The notes: a model not told the origin generated them from the sequence alone. A DNA stretch of 64,000 nt from an uncultured bacterium (GCA_963705505.1 CAVPJU010000010.1:576001-640000); one strand, 5' to 3'; shown: positions 39,237-50,103, numbered from the stretch's first letter. Numbers and translations are program-made.

Positions 39237-39550
39237 TAAGGTTCTACCTCCTATTTTAAATTGGGTTATGCAAGTGGTTCAAAATCTTTCAGATGGTGAT
39301 CTTACATTTGACAAGAACTACTGCAACCTAATTATAATTTTAGCTTATTTAAATCTCATCGTCAACCTCAAGAAAAATATGAGGTTATGTGATGCGGATC
39401 GTCAGAGCAGTCAGCGAAAAGCCGCCTCCCTTTAACATATGTAAGAGGCTCATCCTGTTCTATATAGTCAGAATACGCTCCCCGTTATCGTAGACTGTAA
39501 TGGGACCGTCCCGAGACACCGTTATTGCGAGACAATGCGCCCCTGACAAC

Positions 39551-40240
39551 TCACTCGATCAGGCAATTCGAAAGGAATTCGGGGATGCCCTTCTGCACCC
39601 CGGGCAGGTTTGACCAGCACTCCTCATCGGGCGTACACTCGAGCATGAAGGCCCAGTGAGTGACCTGGTTCGAGGAGGAGCCCGAAGCCATCTGCATATT
39701 GAATGTCCAATCGTTTCCCTTAAGCACCATTTCCCCGACCCCGGTCGTAAGGGAGGGCGACCCTACCGGGACGGAACTAAGGGAGTTAAAAGATATATAA
39801 ACCATGCCGTTCGGCGTTACGGAGCCTATCATGTACTGACATATGGGGGGATGCACACCGATCTGCGCAACTACGGTCCCGAAGAAATATCCGTCCGCAT
39901 AATGATCTATATGCCAGACCGTCTGGTCCGATACGGGCGAATAGCTCTGGGGATCGGACGTATCCCATTCTACCGCCGGCAGGTTCGCCGTGGGTACGTA
40001 CCAGTAGGTCCCCTCGCCCTCTCCGAGCCAACTCCAGCGGGAGGGCTCGATACCGGGGGCCTGGGCGATGCCGCTCAAATCGACCTCAGTCTCTTTGGGC
40101 CCGCACTCGTCAGGACGCATTCTGACGATTCCGCTTCTTTTATTGGCGCAGAGTACATCTGCTCCCGAATTAACGGACCCTACAGTTGCAGAAATTATCA
40201 ATATCGAAATTAAAGCCGGAACATATTTGCGAATACTCAT
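39551..40240 (-). CDS. Hypothetical secreted protein
   Basis: Signal peptide; aromatic-rich WYVP..DQTVWHI..GYFFG region. Confidence 0.72.
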   Translation of the reverse strand: MSIRKYVPALISILIISATVGSVNSGADVLCANKRSGIVRMRPDECGPKETEVDLSGIAQAPGIEPSRWSWLGEGEGTYWYVPTANLPAVEWDTSDPQSYSPVSDQTVWHIDHYADGYFFGTVVAQIGVHPPICQYMIGSVTPNGMVYISFNSLSSVPVGSPSLTTGVGEMVLKGNDWTFNMQMASGSSSNQVTHWAFMLECTPDEECWSNLPGVQKGIPEFLSNCLIE

Positions 40241-40544
40241 CGTTTTCTCCTTTAACCGCTTATCTGCAGGAAGGCTTTTCCTTTCCTCGATACAAATTCT
40301 ACTGCCGAATTGAATCAGCCGCAGAGATCGGAGTAAATATCAGGAAACGAGGTTTTTATCATTAAAATTATCTTCCCCAAATACTTACACAAATCCGCAA
40401 TAAATTCGTATCTTTCTCAGGGTTAGGTAATATTTTCAATGGCTATGGAGGGTTTGAGCCGGGCAGGAAAAGGGCGGATTCCTCAGTTAACGGTAAAGTT
40501 TCGATGCCTTCCAGTGACTATGCATAAAAAAAGGATATAGACTC

Positions 40545-41708
40545 ATGACGAAAAAGCTGTTCCCGCTTTTCGCTTATTTACTGCTCATTCTCTGCGGCTG
40601 CGCCGCCAAGACCGCCGTTCAGAACAATCCGCCGACGGAGCAACAATTTACCTTTAGCTGGGAGTTCGCTGACAGCAGCTCCATGAAACCGAGAGGGGGA
40701 GTGACCCGGGGCGCGCCCGTAACTCTCGACAAGTCCCCCAACCCCGGATGGGTCTCGATCCGGGAGCCGGGATTAACGAAATACGAGCGGGACAGGAGGG
40801 CTATCCTGTCGATGGCCGGAACCTACAGGGTCTCTTTCAACTTCATAGAAACGATACCGCTCCGCAAAGACTACAAGGCGGACCGGCCCTATCAGTCCTG
40901 GGCGACCGAATATATAAAGGTGATCGAGGACAGAGGCAATTTCATAAGCCTCCAGCACATACTCGTAATGTACTTCCTCGATGAAAAAGGGAAAGCAGAA
41001 GGCCCTGCGGTCACGAAGCACTGGCGTCAGGACTGGACTTACCAGGACGAGGACATACTCGAATATAGAGGCAATAACACATGGCAGACGGTCAGAGTCC
41101 CGGGGAATGAAGCGGCGGGGAAATGGTCCCAGGCGGTGTACCAGGTCGACGATACCCCGAGATACGAAGCGCTCGGGGAATGGACATACGATGGAAATTA
41201 CTCGACATGGACGAGTCCAGTAACGTGGCGTCCCCTGCCGAGAAGGGAATTCAGCGTGAGGGACGATTATAACGTGCTGTCCGGCGTCAACCGCATCACG
41301 ATCACTCCAACCGGCTGGGTACACGAGCAGGACAACCTCAAGATGATCGTGGACGAGAACGGCAAGGAGCTCGGAACCGACCCCTATCTCGCAAAAGAGA
41401 TCGGACTCGACCGATACGAAAGGGTTTCCGACTTTAACGACTCGCCCGCGATCCAATACTGGGAGCGTACGGCGCCCTTTTGGGCCGACGTAAGGCAGGT
41501 GTGGCAGGAGATAATAACCGAAAACCCGACTCTCAAGCTCAAAAACAGTTACAAGGATAAGAAGCTATACGAATACCTTTTCGAATACTCCGATAAATTA
41601 GCCGAAGGCGGCGTATACGACGGGACTCAGGGGAAGGAGTACGTCAAGACGACCATATACAATTACGTTATCGAGACCGGCAAAGCGCCCGACAAAACGG
41701 TCTACTGA
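40545..41708 (+). CDS. DUF6607 family lipoprotein
   Basis: Lipobox LCGC; ISLQHIL, KHWRQDW, PLPRRE and GWVHEQDN motifs. Confidence 0.85.
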   Translation: MTKKLFPLFAYLLLILCGCAAKTAVQNNPPTEQQFTFSWEFADSSSMKPRGGVTRGAPVTLDKSPNPGWVSIREPGLTKYERDRRAILSMAGTYRVSFNFIETIPLRKDYKADRPYQSWATEYIKVIEDRGNFISLQHILVMYFLDEKGKAEGPAVTKHWRQDWTYQDEDILEYRGNNTWQTVRVPGNEAAGKWSQAVYQVDDTPRYEALGEWTYDGNYSTWTSPVTWRPLPRREFSVRDDYNVLSGVNRITITPTGWVHEQDNLKMIVDENGKELGTDPYLAKEIGLDRYERVSDFNDSPAIQYWERTAPFWADVRQVWQEIITENPTLKLKNSYKDKKLYEYLFEYSDKLAEGGVYDGTQGKEYVKTTIYNYVIETGKAPDKTVY

Positions 41709-41835
41709 GATCGATAATTAAGCTAATATCGAAATCCTTGAATAGATATCCCGGCCTCTATTGACATAATCCATTAACTTAAGGTATTTAAAAGATAGGC
41801 GGCTGAGGGTAAAAAGGTTGCTGTATTAAAATCTA

Positions 41836-42625
41836 TTGCAGGACAAAACGAAATTGTTTAAGGATCTCAGGAAATTCTTTTATAGAAAAGAAAGTCCGAA
41901 GCCCCGATTCGAGGACATGGCTTTTATCGAAGGTCCTCACTCACGGCTAAGGGAGCTCTGGTTTTTGTTCCGTGTGATGCGGGAGTTCTTGAAGGGATTC
42001 AGAATACTCCATTTCGCAGGCCCGGTAGTCACGGTCTTCGGCTCCGCCAGGACGAAGGAAGGACATCCGAAATACGAGCTTGCGCGGAAAGATAGGGTTT
42101 GAGCTCGCGAGCATGGGTTTTTCGGTAATGACTGGGGGCGGACCCGGCATCATGGAGGCGGCCAACAGAGGGGCGAAGGAAGCGGGCGGAAAATCGATAG
42201 GCTGCAATATCATGCTCCCGATGGAACAGAAACCGAACCCCTACCTCGACATAATGGTGACCTTCAAATACTTCTTCGTGAGGAAGCTGATGCTCCTTAA
42301 ATACTCGTACGCATTCGTCGTGCTTCCGGGCGGGGCGGGCACCATGGACGAGCTCTTCGAGACACTGACCCTGATACAGACAAAAAAGATATATAACTTC
42401 CCGATAATCCTTCTCGGCAGGGAATACTTCAAACCCCTGATGGATTTCCTCGATTTAATGGTTATCGAGCGGACGCTCGACGAGAACGACCTGGGCTTTC
42501 TGATATTGACCGATTCGGTCGACGAGGCCGTTTCCTATATACAGAAAAACATAGTGGACAAATTCGGAATAAAACTGAAAAAAGTACCCAAGCCTTCGAA
42601 GATACTCCTGGAAAAAGGCGTATGA
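41836..42625 (+). CDS. LOG/TIGR00730 family protein, frameshifted near 42089
   Basis: VTVFGSAR in one frame; TGGGPGIMEAANRGA and PGGAGTMDE in the +1 frame. Confidence 0.88.
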
Positions 42626-42687
42626 TCCCGGGCCGGCATCACTCGGCCCGCCTTCCTTAAACGATCCACCCCCGAAGATATAAGCAT

Positions 42688-42715
42688 AAATCCATCACAT
42701 CTATGCCTTCGTCTA
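42688..42715 (+). promoter_or_regulatory. Putative ECF sigma promoter, copy 2 (start of the cluster)
   Basis: AAATCC-N16-CGTCTA, 35 bp before the glucose dehydrogenase start. Confidence 0.7.
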
Positions 42716-42750
42716 ACTAGGCAACTTCAGAATTTAAGGAGAGCCAAGTT

Positions 42751-43858
42751 ATGAAAGCGATAGCAGTGATTCCCGGAAAGCCGGGCAGCGTTCACCTGGC
42801 CGAGCTTCCGAAACCGGACATAAATGAAATCCCGAACGGACGCGGAGTATTGGTGAAGGTGCTGCGAGTCGGGGTGGACGGAACGGATAAGGAAATAAAC
42901 GCCGCGGAATACGGAGCCTCGCCCGCAGGATGCGATTTTCTCGTCATAGGACACGAGAGCTTCGGAATAGTAGAAAAAGTGGGAAAGAACGTTACCGAGT
43001 TCGTCCCCGGAGACTACGTAACGGCTACCGTACGCCGTCCCGGGAGGAAGTATTTACGACAAGATCGGCAAGTACGATACGACGACAGACGACACGTACT
43101 ACGAGCACGGCATCAACCTGCTCCACGGCTTTCTCACGGAGTACTATGTCGAGGATCCCGAATACCTTGTAAAGGTCCCGAGAGGGTTAAAAGAATACGG
43201 CGTGCTGCTTGAGCCCGCGAGCGTCATCGAAAAGGGCATAGCTCAGGCGTACGAGATACAGAGACGCCTCCGCGTCTGGCGCCCGAAGCGAGCCGCGGTG
43301 CTCGGGGCGGGGACAATAGGCCTCCTCGCGACTATGGCGCTGAGGCTGAGAGGGCTGCAGGTACACACCTTCGGCAGAACGAAAGCCCCTTATCTCAACT
43401 CCGACCTCATTCAAGAGATCGGGGCGGCATATCACACGACGGACGACATCAACCTCGTTGAGGCGGCGGAGAAGTACGGTCCATTCGACATAATCTTCGA
43501 GGCGACCGGTTTCTCTCCGATAGTGTTCGAAGCGATGAATATCCTCGGTAAAAACGGCGTGCTCGTGCTTTCGAGCGTGACGGGAGGGGAACGGAAGATC
43601 GAGGTGCCCGCCGACATGATAAACCTCGGTTTCGTACTCGGGAACAAGGTCGTCGTCGGAACAGTCAACGCGAACCGCGAGTATTTCGAGATGGGCGTTA
43701 AAGACATCTCGCACGCGGAGCACGAGTGGCCGGGGTGGATTTCCAAATTCCTCACTCACCCGGTGAAGGGTCTCGAGAACTACAACGAGCTCATAAGCAC
43801 GCTCACCGAAGCGAAAGGCGCGATAAAGGTCTTCTGTGAAGTAGCCCCGATTAATTGA
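42751..43858 (+). CDS. Zn-dependent glucose 1-dehydrogenase (MDR family), frameshifted near 43045
   Basis: GVDGTD, GHES, TVRRP; then GIN..HGF.TEY, GAGTIG and GTVNAN in the +1 frame. Confidence 0.88.
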
Positions 43859-43876
43859 GCACCGGTTCTTACCACC

Positions 43877-44710
43877 ATGATGACAACATTAAAAAAACAT
43901 TGGCCTGAATACCTGATGGAGGGAGCCGGGCTCGGATTTTTCATGATATCCGCCTGTTTTTTCGTGGCGCTCCTGGAGCATCCGTCCTCTCCCGTCCACA
44001 TGGCGGTATCCGACCCGATGACGAGGAGGGTCCTCATGGGTATGGCAATGGGGCTGACCGCCATATCGATTATCTATTCCCCCTGGGGCAAGCAGTCGGG
44101 CGCGCACATCAACCCGTCGGTAACGCTGACATTCTTCAGGCTCGGAAAGGTAAGGGCCGTGGACGCGGTTTTTTACATCATTGCCCAGTTCGCGGGCGCG
44201 GCGGCAGGCGTTCTGATCGCCCACCTGGCAATCGGGAAGATCGCGTCACACCCGCATGTGAATTACGCGGCGACTTTCCCGGGCATGAAAGGGGTGGTAA
44301 TCGCGTTCATAGCGGAAGTAATCATCTCGTTCATCCTGATGACCGTCGTACTCGTGGCTTCCAACACTTCGAGCGTCGCGAGGTATACGGGCGTTTTCGC
44401 GGGCCTCCTCGTAGCGACATACATAACCTTCGAAGCCCCGATCTCGGGCATGAGCATGAACCCGGCGCGTTCCTTCGGATCGAGCCTCTTCGCGAACAGC
44501 CACGCGGGGTTGTGGATCTATTTCACCGCGCCCATATTCGGGATGCTTCTCGCTGCGGAAGCTTACGTCCGTATGAGGGGAGCGAGCGCCGTTTCCTGCG
44601 CAAAGCTCCATCATCAGAATAACAAGCGGTGCATCCACTGCGGCTACCCGGGCGAAGTTAAAGCGGAGAATCCGGCTTTGATAACTGAAAAAGTAAAAAG
44701 TTTGATATAA
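43877..44710 (+). CDS. MIP family channel (aquaporin)
   Basis: SGAHINPSVT and SMNPARS; about 6 TM segments; Cys/His-rich tail. Confidence 0.92.
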   Translation: MMTTLKKHWPEYLMEGAGLGFFMISACFFVALLEHPSSPVHMAVSDPMTRRVLMGMAMGLTAISIIYSPWGKQSGAHINPSVTLTFFRLGKVRAVDAVFYIIAQFAGAAAGVLIAHLAIGKIASHPHVNYAATFPGMKGVVIAFIAEVIISFILMTVVLVASNTSSVARYTGVFAGLLVATYITFEAPISGMSMNPARSFGSSLFANSHAGLWIYFTAPIFGMLLAAEAYVRMRGASAVSCAKLHHQNNKRCIHCGYPGEVKAENPALITEKVKSLI

Positions 44711-44745
44711 GGGATTTTTAAAATAATAAAACAGGAGGAATTACC

Positions 44746-45159
44746 ATGTTTAAATCATTCGAACTGAAAAGAGGTAAATCCGGTCTCGTCTGCTTGCTCG
44801 TGCTTCTTGCGCTCTTCTTCGGAGCGATAGGCAGTCAGGCGGCGGGCAGCATGACGACACAGCCGTTCACGGGCGTAAAGGTAAACGGCGGAACGGTAAC
44901 GCTTACAAAAGAAGGCGGCAAAACCGTCCTCACGCTGTCTGACGATTTCGTAGTCCCCCAGACCCCCGATCCGCACTGGCAGGTAGTCGACTCGAAAGGG
45001 AACGTTTACCTCCTCCAGAGACTGCCGATTAAGGGCGACAAAATAAACAAGTCCATAACGGTGCCGTCGTATGTACCGGATATTGCAAAGGTACAGATAT
45101 GGTGCGCTTACGCGGAGACGCTCCTCGGCGAGGCGCCGTTCGCTTCGCCTGTGAATTAA
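44746..45159 (+). CDS. Secreted DM13-like protein
   Basis: Signal peptide; PDPHW and VQIWC..A...LGEA resemble DM13 motifs. Confidence 0.6.
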   Translation: MFKSFELKRGKSGLVCLLVLLALFFGAIGSQAAGSMTTQPFTGVKVNGGTVTLTKEGGKTVLTLSDDFVVPQTPDPHWQVVDSKGNVYLLQRLPIKGDKINKSITVPSYVPDIAKVQIWCAYAETLLGEAPFASPVN

Positions 45160-45264
45160 AGAGGTTAATCGAATAATGTGGCGGCCGGCAGTGTTTCGAT
45201 TGCGGAGACAGGCCGGCCGGTCAGTCAGTGAAGATAAAGAAAACCCGGAAACGGAGGAAAATAA

Positions 45265-46125
45265 ATGAGAATGATCGAGCTACTTCTAACTTTACTTCTT
45301 TTCATGTCGGCGGTTTCAGCGGACGCGCAGGTGGCGGAGAAAAAATCACTCACGCTCGAAGGCGCGAATACCGTGATCGCGGGCGCGATGGCCGAGGCTA
45401 AAAAGCTTAACGCTCCGGGAGGAGTCATAGCGGTCGTGGACGACGGCGGGAACCTCATGGCGCTCGAGCGTATCGACGGGACTTTCGCAGCGGGCGCTAA
45501 CATATCGATCGGAAAGGCGAGGACTGCGGCGCTCTTTAAGAAACCGACAAAATTTTTCGAGGACGTGATTAAGAACGGGCGCACCTCTATGGTCGCGCTC
45601 GCGGACTTCACACCGCTTCAGGGCGGAGTACCCATAATCATCGACGGCGCGATAGTTGGAGCCGTGGGCGTGAGCGGCGCGGCCAGCGCGCAGCAGGACG
45701 AGGAGCTCGCCATAGCGGGCGCCGACGCGGTAATGAACGGCACGGCGGCAAATACGAACCCCGCACCGATCACGTACTTTGACAGCGCCAGGGTGCAAGC
45801 CGCGTTCGCAAAGGGTATGCCCCTAACCGAAGCCGGAAATTACAAGGTTCATGCGAGCCGCAGGACCGATCCGGGCATGGCGGAGGTCCATACAAAGGAT
45901 ACGGACATCATCTACATGCTTCAAGGCTCGGCGACACTGGTGACGGGAGGAACGGTCGTTGACGGCAAGACGACAGCCCCCGACGAGATACGCGGAAAGG
46001 AGATTGCGGGCGGTGATACACTCAAAATCAATCCGGGCGACGTGATCATCATACCGGCCGGCACACCTCACTGGTTTAAGGAAGTGCAGGGTCCGGTCCT
46101 CTATTATGTCGTTAAGGTCAGTTAA
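45265..46125 (+). CDS. GlcG/HbpS heme-binding protein fused to a cupin domain
   Basis: AVVDDGG, GKARTA, GGVPI..GAVGVSG; C-terminal EVH..PGDVIIIPAGTPHWF. Confidence 0.88.
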   Translation: MRMIELLLTLLLFMSAVSADAQVAEKKSLTLEGANTVIAGAMAEAKKLNAPGGVIAVVDDGGNLMALERIDGTFAAGANISIGKARTAALFKKPTKFFEDVIKNGRTSMVALADFTPLQGGVPIIIDGAIVGAVGVSGAASAQQDEELAIAGADAVMNGTAANTNPAPITYFDSARVQAAFAKGMPLTEAGNYKVHASRRTDPGMAEVHTKDTDIIYMLQGSATLVTGGTVVDGKTTAPDEIRGKEIAGGDTLKINPGDVIIIPAGTPHWFKEVQGPVLYYVVKVS

Positions 46126-46143
46126 CTCCGGGAGAAGACAGAA

Positions 46144-46641
46144 ATGAAAACTATAATAAGCTCTCTGATCCTTTTATTTACCATATCCTCGCCGCTCGCG
46201 GCCATTGCGGAGACACCCGTAAAGCCGGTACTAACCCTGAGCGCCGCGAAGAAAGCTGCAGACGCAGCCGAGCGCGAGGCGGCAAAGAGGGGCGCGACAG
46301 TAGTGATCGCCGTGGTTGACGACGGCGGGCACCTGATACTCCTCGAGCGGCTCGACGATACACAGGTCGCAAGCGTCGAGGTAGGAATAGGCAAAGCCAG
46401 GACCGCCGCCATATTCAGGAGACCGAGCAAGGTGTTCGAGGACCAGATACGCGACGGCCGGGTCGCCGCGCTCGCGCTCCCCGGGGCGACGCCGCTTCAG
46501 GGAGGCATACCGATCATCATAGATGGCAAGGTAGCCGGGGCTATAGGCGTCAGCGGCAATACCCCCCAGGAAGATGAAGAGATCGCAATCGTCGGGGCTT
46601 CGGCAGTCAGCGACTCGTCAGTTAAAGGAGATAAACAATGA
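46144..46641 (+). CDS. GlcG/HbpS heme-binding protein, secreted
   Basis: Same GlcG motifs; signal peptide. Confidence 0.88.
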   Translation: MKTIISSLILLFTISSPLAAIAETPVKPVLTLSAAKKAADAAEREAAKRGATVVIAVVDDGGHLILLERLDDTQVASVEVGIGKARTAAIFRRPSKVFEDQIRDGRVAALALPGATPLQGGIPIIIDGKVAGAIGVSGNTPQEDEEIAIVGASAVSDSSVKGDKQ

Positions 46642-48278
46642 GACTCGAATCAATCATATATGCAGCCGCATTCCTCTTATCCATCGTTTCCGCACTCGTC
46701 GCCCACGGCGCGGTGCCCGCGGACGTGCCGGGCGGAAAACCCGGTGCCGTCATCGATCTTGCGACCACGGAAGGGGTTAATCTCGTAAATGGGCAGTGGA
46801 CATACAGCGACGTCGAGATAACCGAAGTCGATTTCAAAGGACCCGGTGCGGACGGTCAGCCCACCGGGGCACCGATAAAAACGTACGATTATAGTCCGAA
46901 AGCGGGAGTATCGGACTACGATGACTCGAAATGGGAGAAGATAGCGCCCGAGACCCTGAATCAACGCCGCTCGACGGGGAGGATATGCTTTAACTGGTAC
47001 CGGATCAGGGTGACGATCCCCGAGAGCGTCCGGGGTTTCGCGACCGCGGGCTCGACGGTGGTGTTCGAGACCGCGATAGACGACTACGCGGAGGTCTGGG
47101 TGAACGGGGAGCTCCCCCGCTACATCGGTCAGGAGGGGGGCTCCGTGATTTCCGGATGGAACGCCCCCAACAGGCTCGTCATAGGGCGGGACGTCAAGCC
47201 GGGCCAAACCATACAGCTCGCGGTATTCGGTATGAACGGCCCGATCTCGAACCCGCCGACTAATTTCATATGGATGAGGGAGGCAAAGCTCGAGTTCTAT
47301 AAGGGGAGCGAGGTGCCGATCGCAGTAAAGCCGTCCGAAGTGAACGTGGAAGTCGTAAGGCTCGACCCCGCGATGGACGCAGTCGCCGGGCCTAACCCGA
47401 AAATATTCAAGCTAGCCGAAGGCTTCAAATTCACAGAAGGCCCCGTCTGGGTGGGTGACGGAGAATACCTCCTCTTCAGCGACCCGAACAGCAATGTTAT
47501 CTATAAATACTCGAAGGACGGAGACCTCTCCGTATTCCGCGAGCCGAGCGGGTATTCAGGCTCCGACATCGCGGAATATACGCAGCCGGGGTCAAACGGC
47601 CTCACTCTCGACAAAGCCGGCAGGCTTACGATTGACGAGCACGGGAACCACAGGGTCACGCGGATCGAGAAAGACGGCACTGTCACTGTATTGGCCGACA
47701 GCTACGAGGGTAAGAGGCTAAACAGTCCGAATGACCTGGTTTATAGGTCTGACGGCTCCCTGTACTTCACGGACCCGCCTTTCGGACTGCCCAAATTCGA
47801 GAAAGACCCAAGAAAAGAGATACCCTGGAGCGGGATATACCGAATCTCTCCTGACGGTGAAGTCGTCTTATTGAATAAGGAGTTAAAGGGACCGAACGGG
47901 ATAGCCTTTTCGCCCGATGAAAAGTACCTCTACGTCGGCAACTGGGACACGGAGAATAAGGTCGTGATGCGCTACGAAGTCAGGGAAGACGGCACTCTCT
48001 CGGAAGGACAGCGGTTCTTCGATATGACGAGCGCCCCGGGCGAGGACGCGATCGACGGAATAAAGGTCGATGCCAAAGGGAACCTGTATGTCTCGGGACC
48101 GGGCGGTGTGTGGGTGATTTCAGACGACGGTAAGCATATAGGGACTATCATTGCTCCGAGGCACGTCCACAATATGGCATGGGGAGGGGAAGACGGGAAA
48201 ACCCTCTTTCTCTGCGCGCAGAGCGGGTTATATATGATGCGCCTCGGTATTCAGGGCACAAATGTGCATTATAATTAG
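46638..48278 (+). CDS. SMP-30/gluconolactonase with an N-terminal jelly-roll (sugar-binding-like) domain, secreted
   Basis: FTEGPVW, GSNG, NSPND, PNGIAFSPD, DGIKVD; N-terminal WYR..DDYAEVWVNG. Confidence 0.88.
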   Translation: MRLESIIYAAAFLLSIVSALVAHGAVPADVPGGKPGAVIDLATTEGVNLVNGQWTYSDVEITEVDFKGPGADGQPTGAPIKTYDYSPKAGVSDYDDSKWEKIAPETLNQRRSTGRICFNWYRIRVTIPESVRGFATAGSTVVFETAIDDYAEVWVNGELPRYIGQEGGSVISGWNAPNRLVIGRDVKPGQTIQLAVFGMNGPISNPPTNFIWMREAKLEFYKGSEVPIAVKPSEVNVEVVRLDPAMDAVAGPNPKIFKLAEGFKFTEGPVWVGDGEYLLFSDPNSNVIYKYSKDGDLSVFREPSGYSGSDIAEYTQPGSNGLTLDKAGRLTIDEHGNHRVTRIEKDGTVTVLADSYEGKRLNSPNDLVYRSDGSLYFTDPPFGLPKFEKDPRKEIPWSGIYRISPDGEVVLLNKELKGPNGIAFSPDEKYLYVGNWDTENKVVMRYEVREDGTLSEGQRFFDMTSAPGEDAIDGIKVDAKGNLYVSGPGGVWVISDDGKHIGTIIAPRHVHNMAWGGEDGKTLFLCAQSGLYMMRLGIQGTNVHYN

Positions 48279-48315
48279 GCAAATTCGAAGGAGATCAAAT
48301 CCAAAGGACATTCAT

Positions 48316-49314
48316 ATGAAAGGACTATTCAAGAAGATTCATAGAGCGAAACATGCAGGCAGCAAAGACAATTCCGCACGTAACAGATGGGGCATAATTT
48401 TAGCGGGCGGTGACGGCACACGCCTCCGCTCTCTAACGAAATTGATTTCCGGAGACGAGAGACCCAAGCAATTCTGCCGCATACTGGACGAAGAATCCCT
48501 CCTCGAAAAAACTGTAAAACGGGTAGAGATAGGCATCCCCCGAAGCAATATCCTTTTATCACTCACGCGCACGCACGAAAAATTCTACAGCGACCTCTTC
48601 GATACATTCAATCAGAGCCAGCTTGTGGTTCAGCCGGCAAACCTGGGGACTGCTCCGGCGATACTTTACGGCCTCGTACGGATCGCAAGGATGAACCCCG
48701 AAGCCTCCGTCACATTCTTCCCTTCCGACCATTACCTGTCCGACGACGGAATATTCATGAGACAGGTTGAGTCGGCTTTTGAAGGGGTGGAGCGCGAACC
48801 GGGAAAGATAGTGCTCCTCGGGATAACACCGAGCTCAGCCGAGACGGAATACGGATGGATAGAGCCCGAACCCCACAACTATGACAACAACCCGGAATCA
48901 TTAACGAGAGTCAGGCGGTTCTGGGAGAAACCGGAAAAATCGACTGCGGTCGAGCTTCTGCAAAGAAGATGCCTCTGGAATAGCTTCGTCATGACCGGAA
49001 AAGTTTCTGCTTTTCTTAACATGATCAGCACGTCTCTCCCCGGGCTTTACCACGATTTCATGAGAGCGTGCGATATGTTCGGCACTCCTTCAGAGAGCGA
49101 CGCAGTCGAATACATCTATGAGAAACTCACCCCTTCGAATTTCTCACATAGGGTGCTCGAGGTGTCGACGAAAGACCTAATGGTGCTCGCCGTAAGAGAC
49201 ATCGAATGGAGCGATCTGGGTGAGCCGGGACGCGTGCTTTCAACCATGGAGAACATAGGAATACAGACGGATTGGACTCTTAAGAAAGAAAACCTCGTCC
49301 GCAAAATAGCGTAA
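48316..49314 (+). CDS. Mannose-1-phosphate guanylyltransferase-like nucleotidyltransferase
   Basis: LAGGDGTRL, PKQF, GTAPA, PSDH, EKP and WSDLG motifs. Confidence 0.88.
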   Translation: MKGLFKKIHRAKHAGSKDNSARNRWGIILAGGDGTRLRSLTKLISGDERPKQFCRILDEESLLEKTVKRVEIGIPRSNILLSLTRTHEKFYSDLFDTFNQSQLVVQPANLGTAPAILYGLVRIARMNPEASVTFFPSDHYLSDDGIFMRQVESAFEGVEREPGKIVLLGITPSSAETEYGWIEPEPHNYDNNPESLTRVRRFWEKPEKSTAVELLQRRCLWNSFVMTGKVSAFLNMISTSLPGLYHDFMRACDMFGTPSESDAVEYIYEKLTPSNFSHRVLEVSTKDLMVLAVRDIEWSDLGEPGRVLSTMENIGIQTDWTLKKENLVRKIA

Positions 49315-49392
49315 CTCTGCTCCTCCATACACACCGAACAAGAGTAATGTATATGCATGTGGAATAGCATGCATTCAGCAAGGGCAATCACC

Positions 49393-50037
49393 ATGGATAC
49401 TCAAGCCAAGCCGTTCGAATTAGGAAAAAACAGAATAGAGGCGCTGAGTGACGGCATATTCGCAATCGTCATGACGCTCCTCATATTCGAGCTCAAGACT
49501 TCGGACCTGCCGCAGCATGCATCCAACATCCAGCTCGCCCCCGCGCTTTTTAATATGTGGCCGAAGTTCCTATCATACATCGTAAGTTTTATCGGACTCG
49601 GAATCTACTGGGTAGCCCATCATTACATGTATCATTCGATAAGGCACTCGGACCGGATACTGCTCTGGCTCAATATCCTTTTCTTTATGTTCGTCTCCCT
49701 GCTCCCCTTCTCCACTAGTCTCATCAACTCATTCGGCCAGACACAGATAGCCCCCTTATTCTTCGGCGCCAACCTTACACTCATCGGATGGACGCTCTAT
49801 TTCCAGTGGCTTTATGCAAGCTCGAAGCCCGATCTTATCGCGGACTTCGTGACCAGGGAGTATGCGGAGTCCGTGCGTTTCCGGTTCCTTATAATACCGA
49901 TAATAGCGACCGTAACCATGCTCGTATGCTTCTGGAGCGTCGAGATACTGCTGATCGTATATGCGCTCCTCCTCCCGTTCTATACACTTACCGGAAAGCT
50001 GACGCCGCCGCGCGAGGCATCCATCGTAGAACAATAG
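49393..50037 (+). CDS. TMEM175 family K+ channel
   Basis: RIEALSDGIFAIVMTLL, YWVAHH and LLPFST motifs. Confidence 0.9.
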   Translation: MDTQAKPFELGKNRIEALSDGIFAIVMTLLIFELKTSDLPQHASNIQLAPALFNMWPKFLSYIVSFIGLGIYWVAHHYMYHSIRHSDRILLWLNILFFMFVSLLPFSTSLINSFGQTQIAPLFFGANLTLIGWTLYFQWLYASSKPDLIADFVTREYAESVRFRFLIIPIIATVTMLVCFWSVEILLIVYALLLPFYTLTGKLTPPREASIVEQ

Positions 50038-50075
50038 CCACCTGCCCGCAGCTCCAAATTAATAGTGAAGAAGAG

Positions 50076-50103
50076 AAATCCAAATGCGCACGGATTCCGT
50101 ATA
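50076..50103 (+). promoter_or_regulatory. Putative ECF sigma promoter, copy 3 (msrB)
   Basis: AAATCC-N16-CGTATA. Confidence 0.65.

Noticed and set aside
41732..41760. AAATCC...CCTCTA upstream of the LOG gene
   Set aside because: It lacks CGT and the spacer is 17 bp
42080..43060. Programmed ribosomal frameshifting in the split genes
   Set aside because: No shared slippery motif, and these families are not known to be recoded
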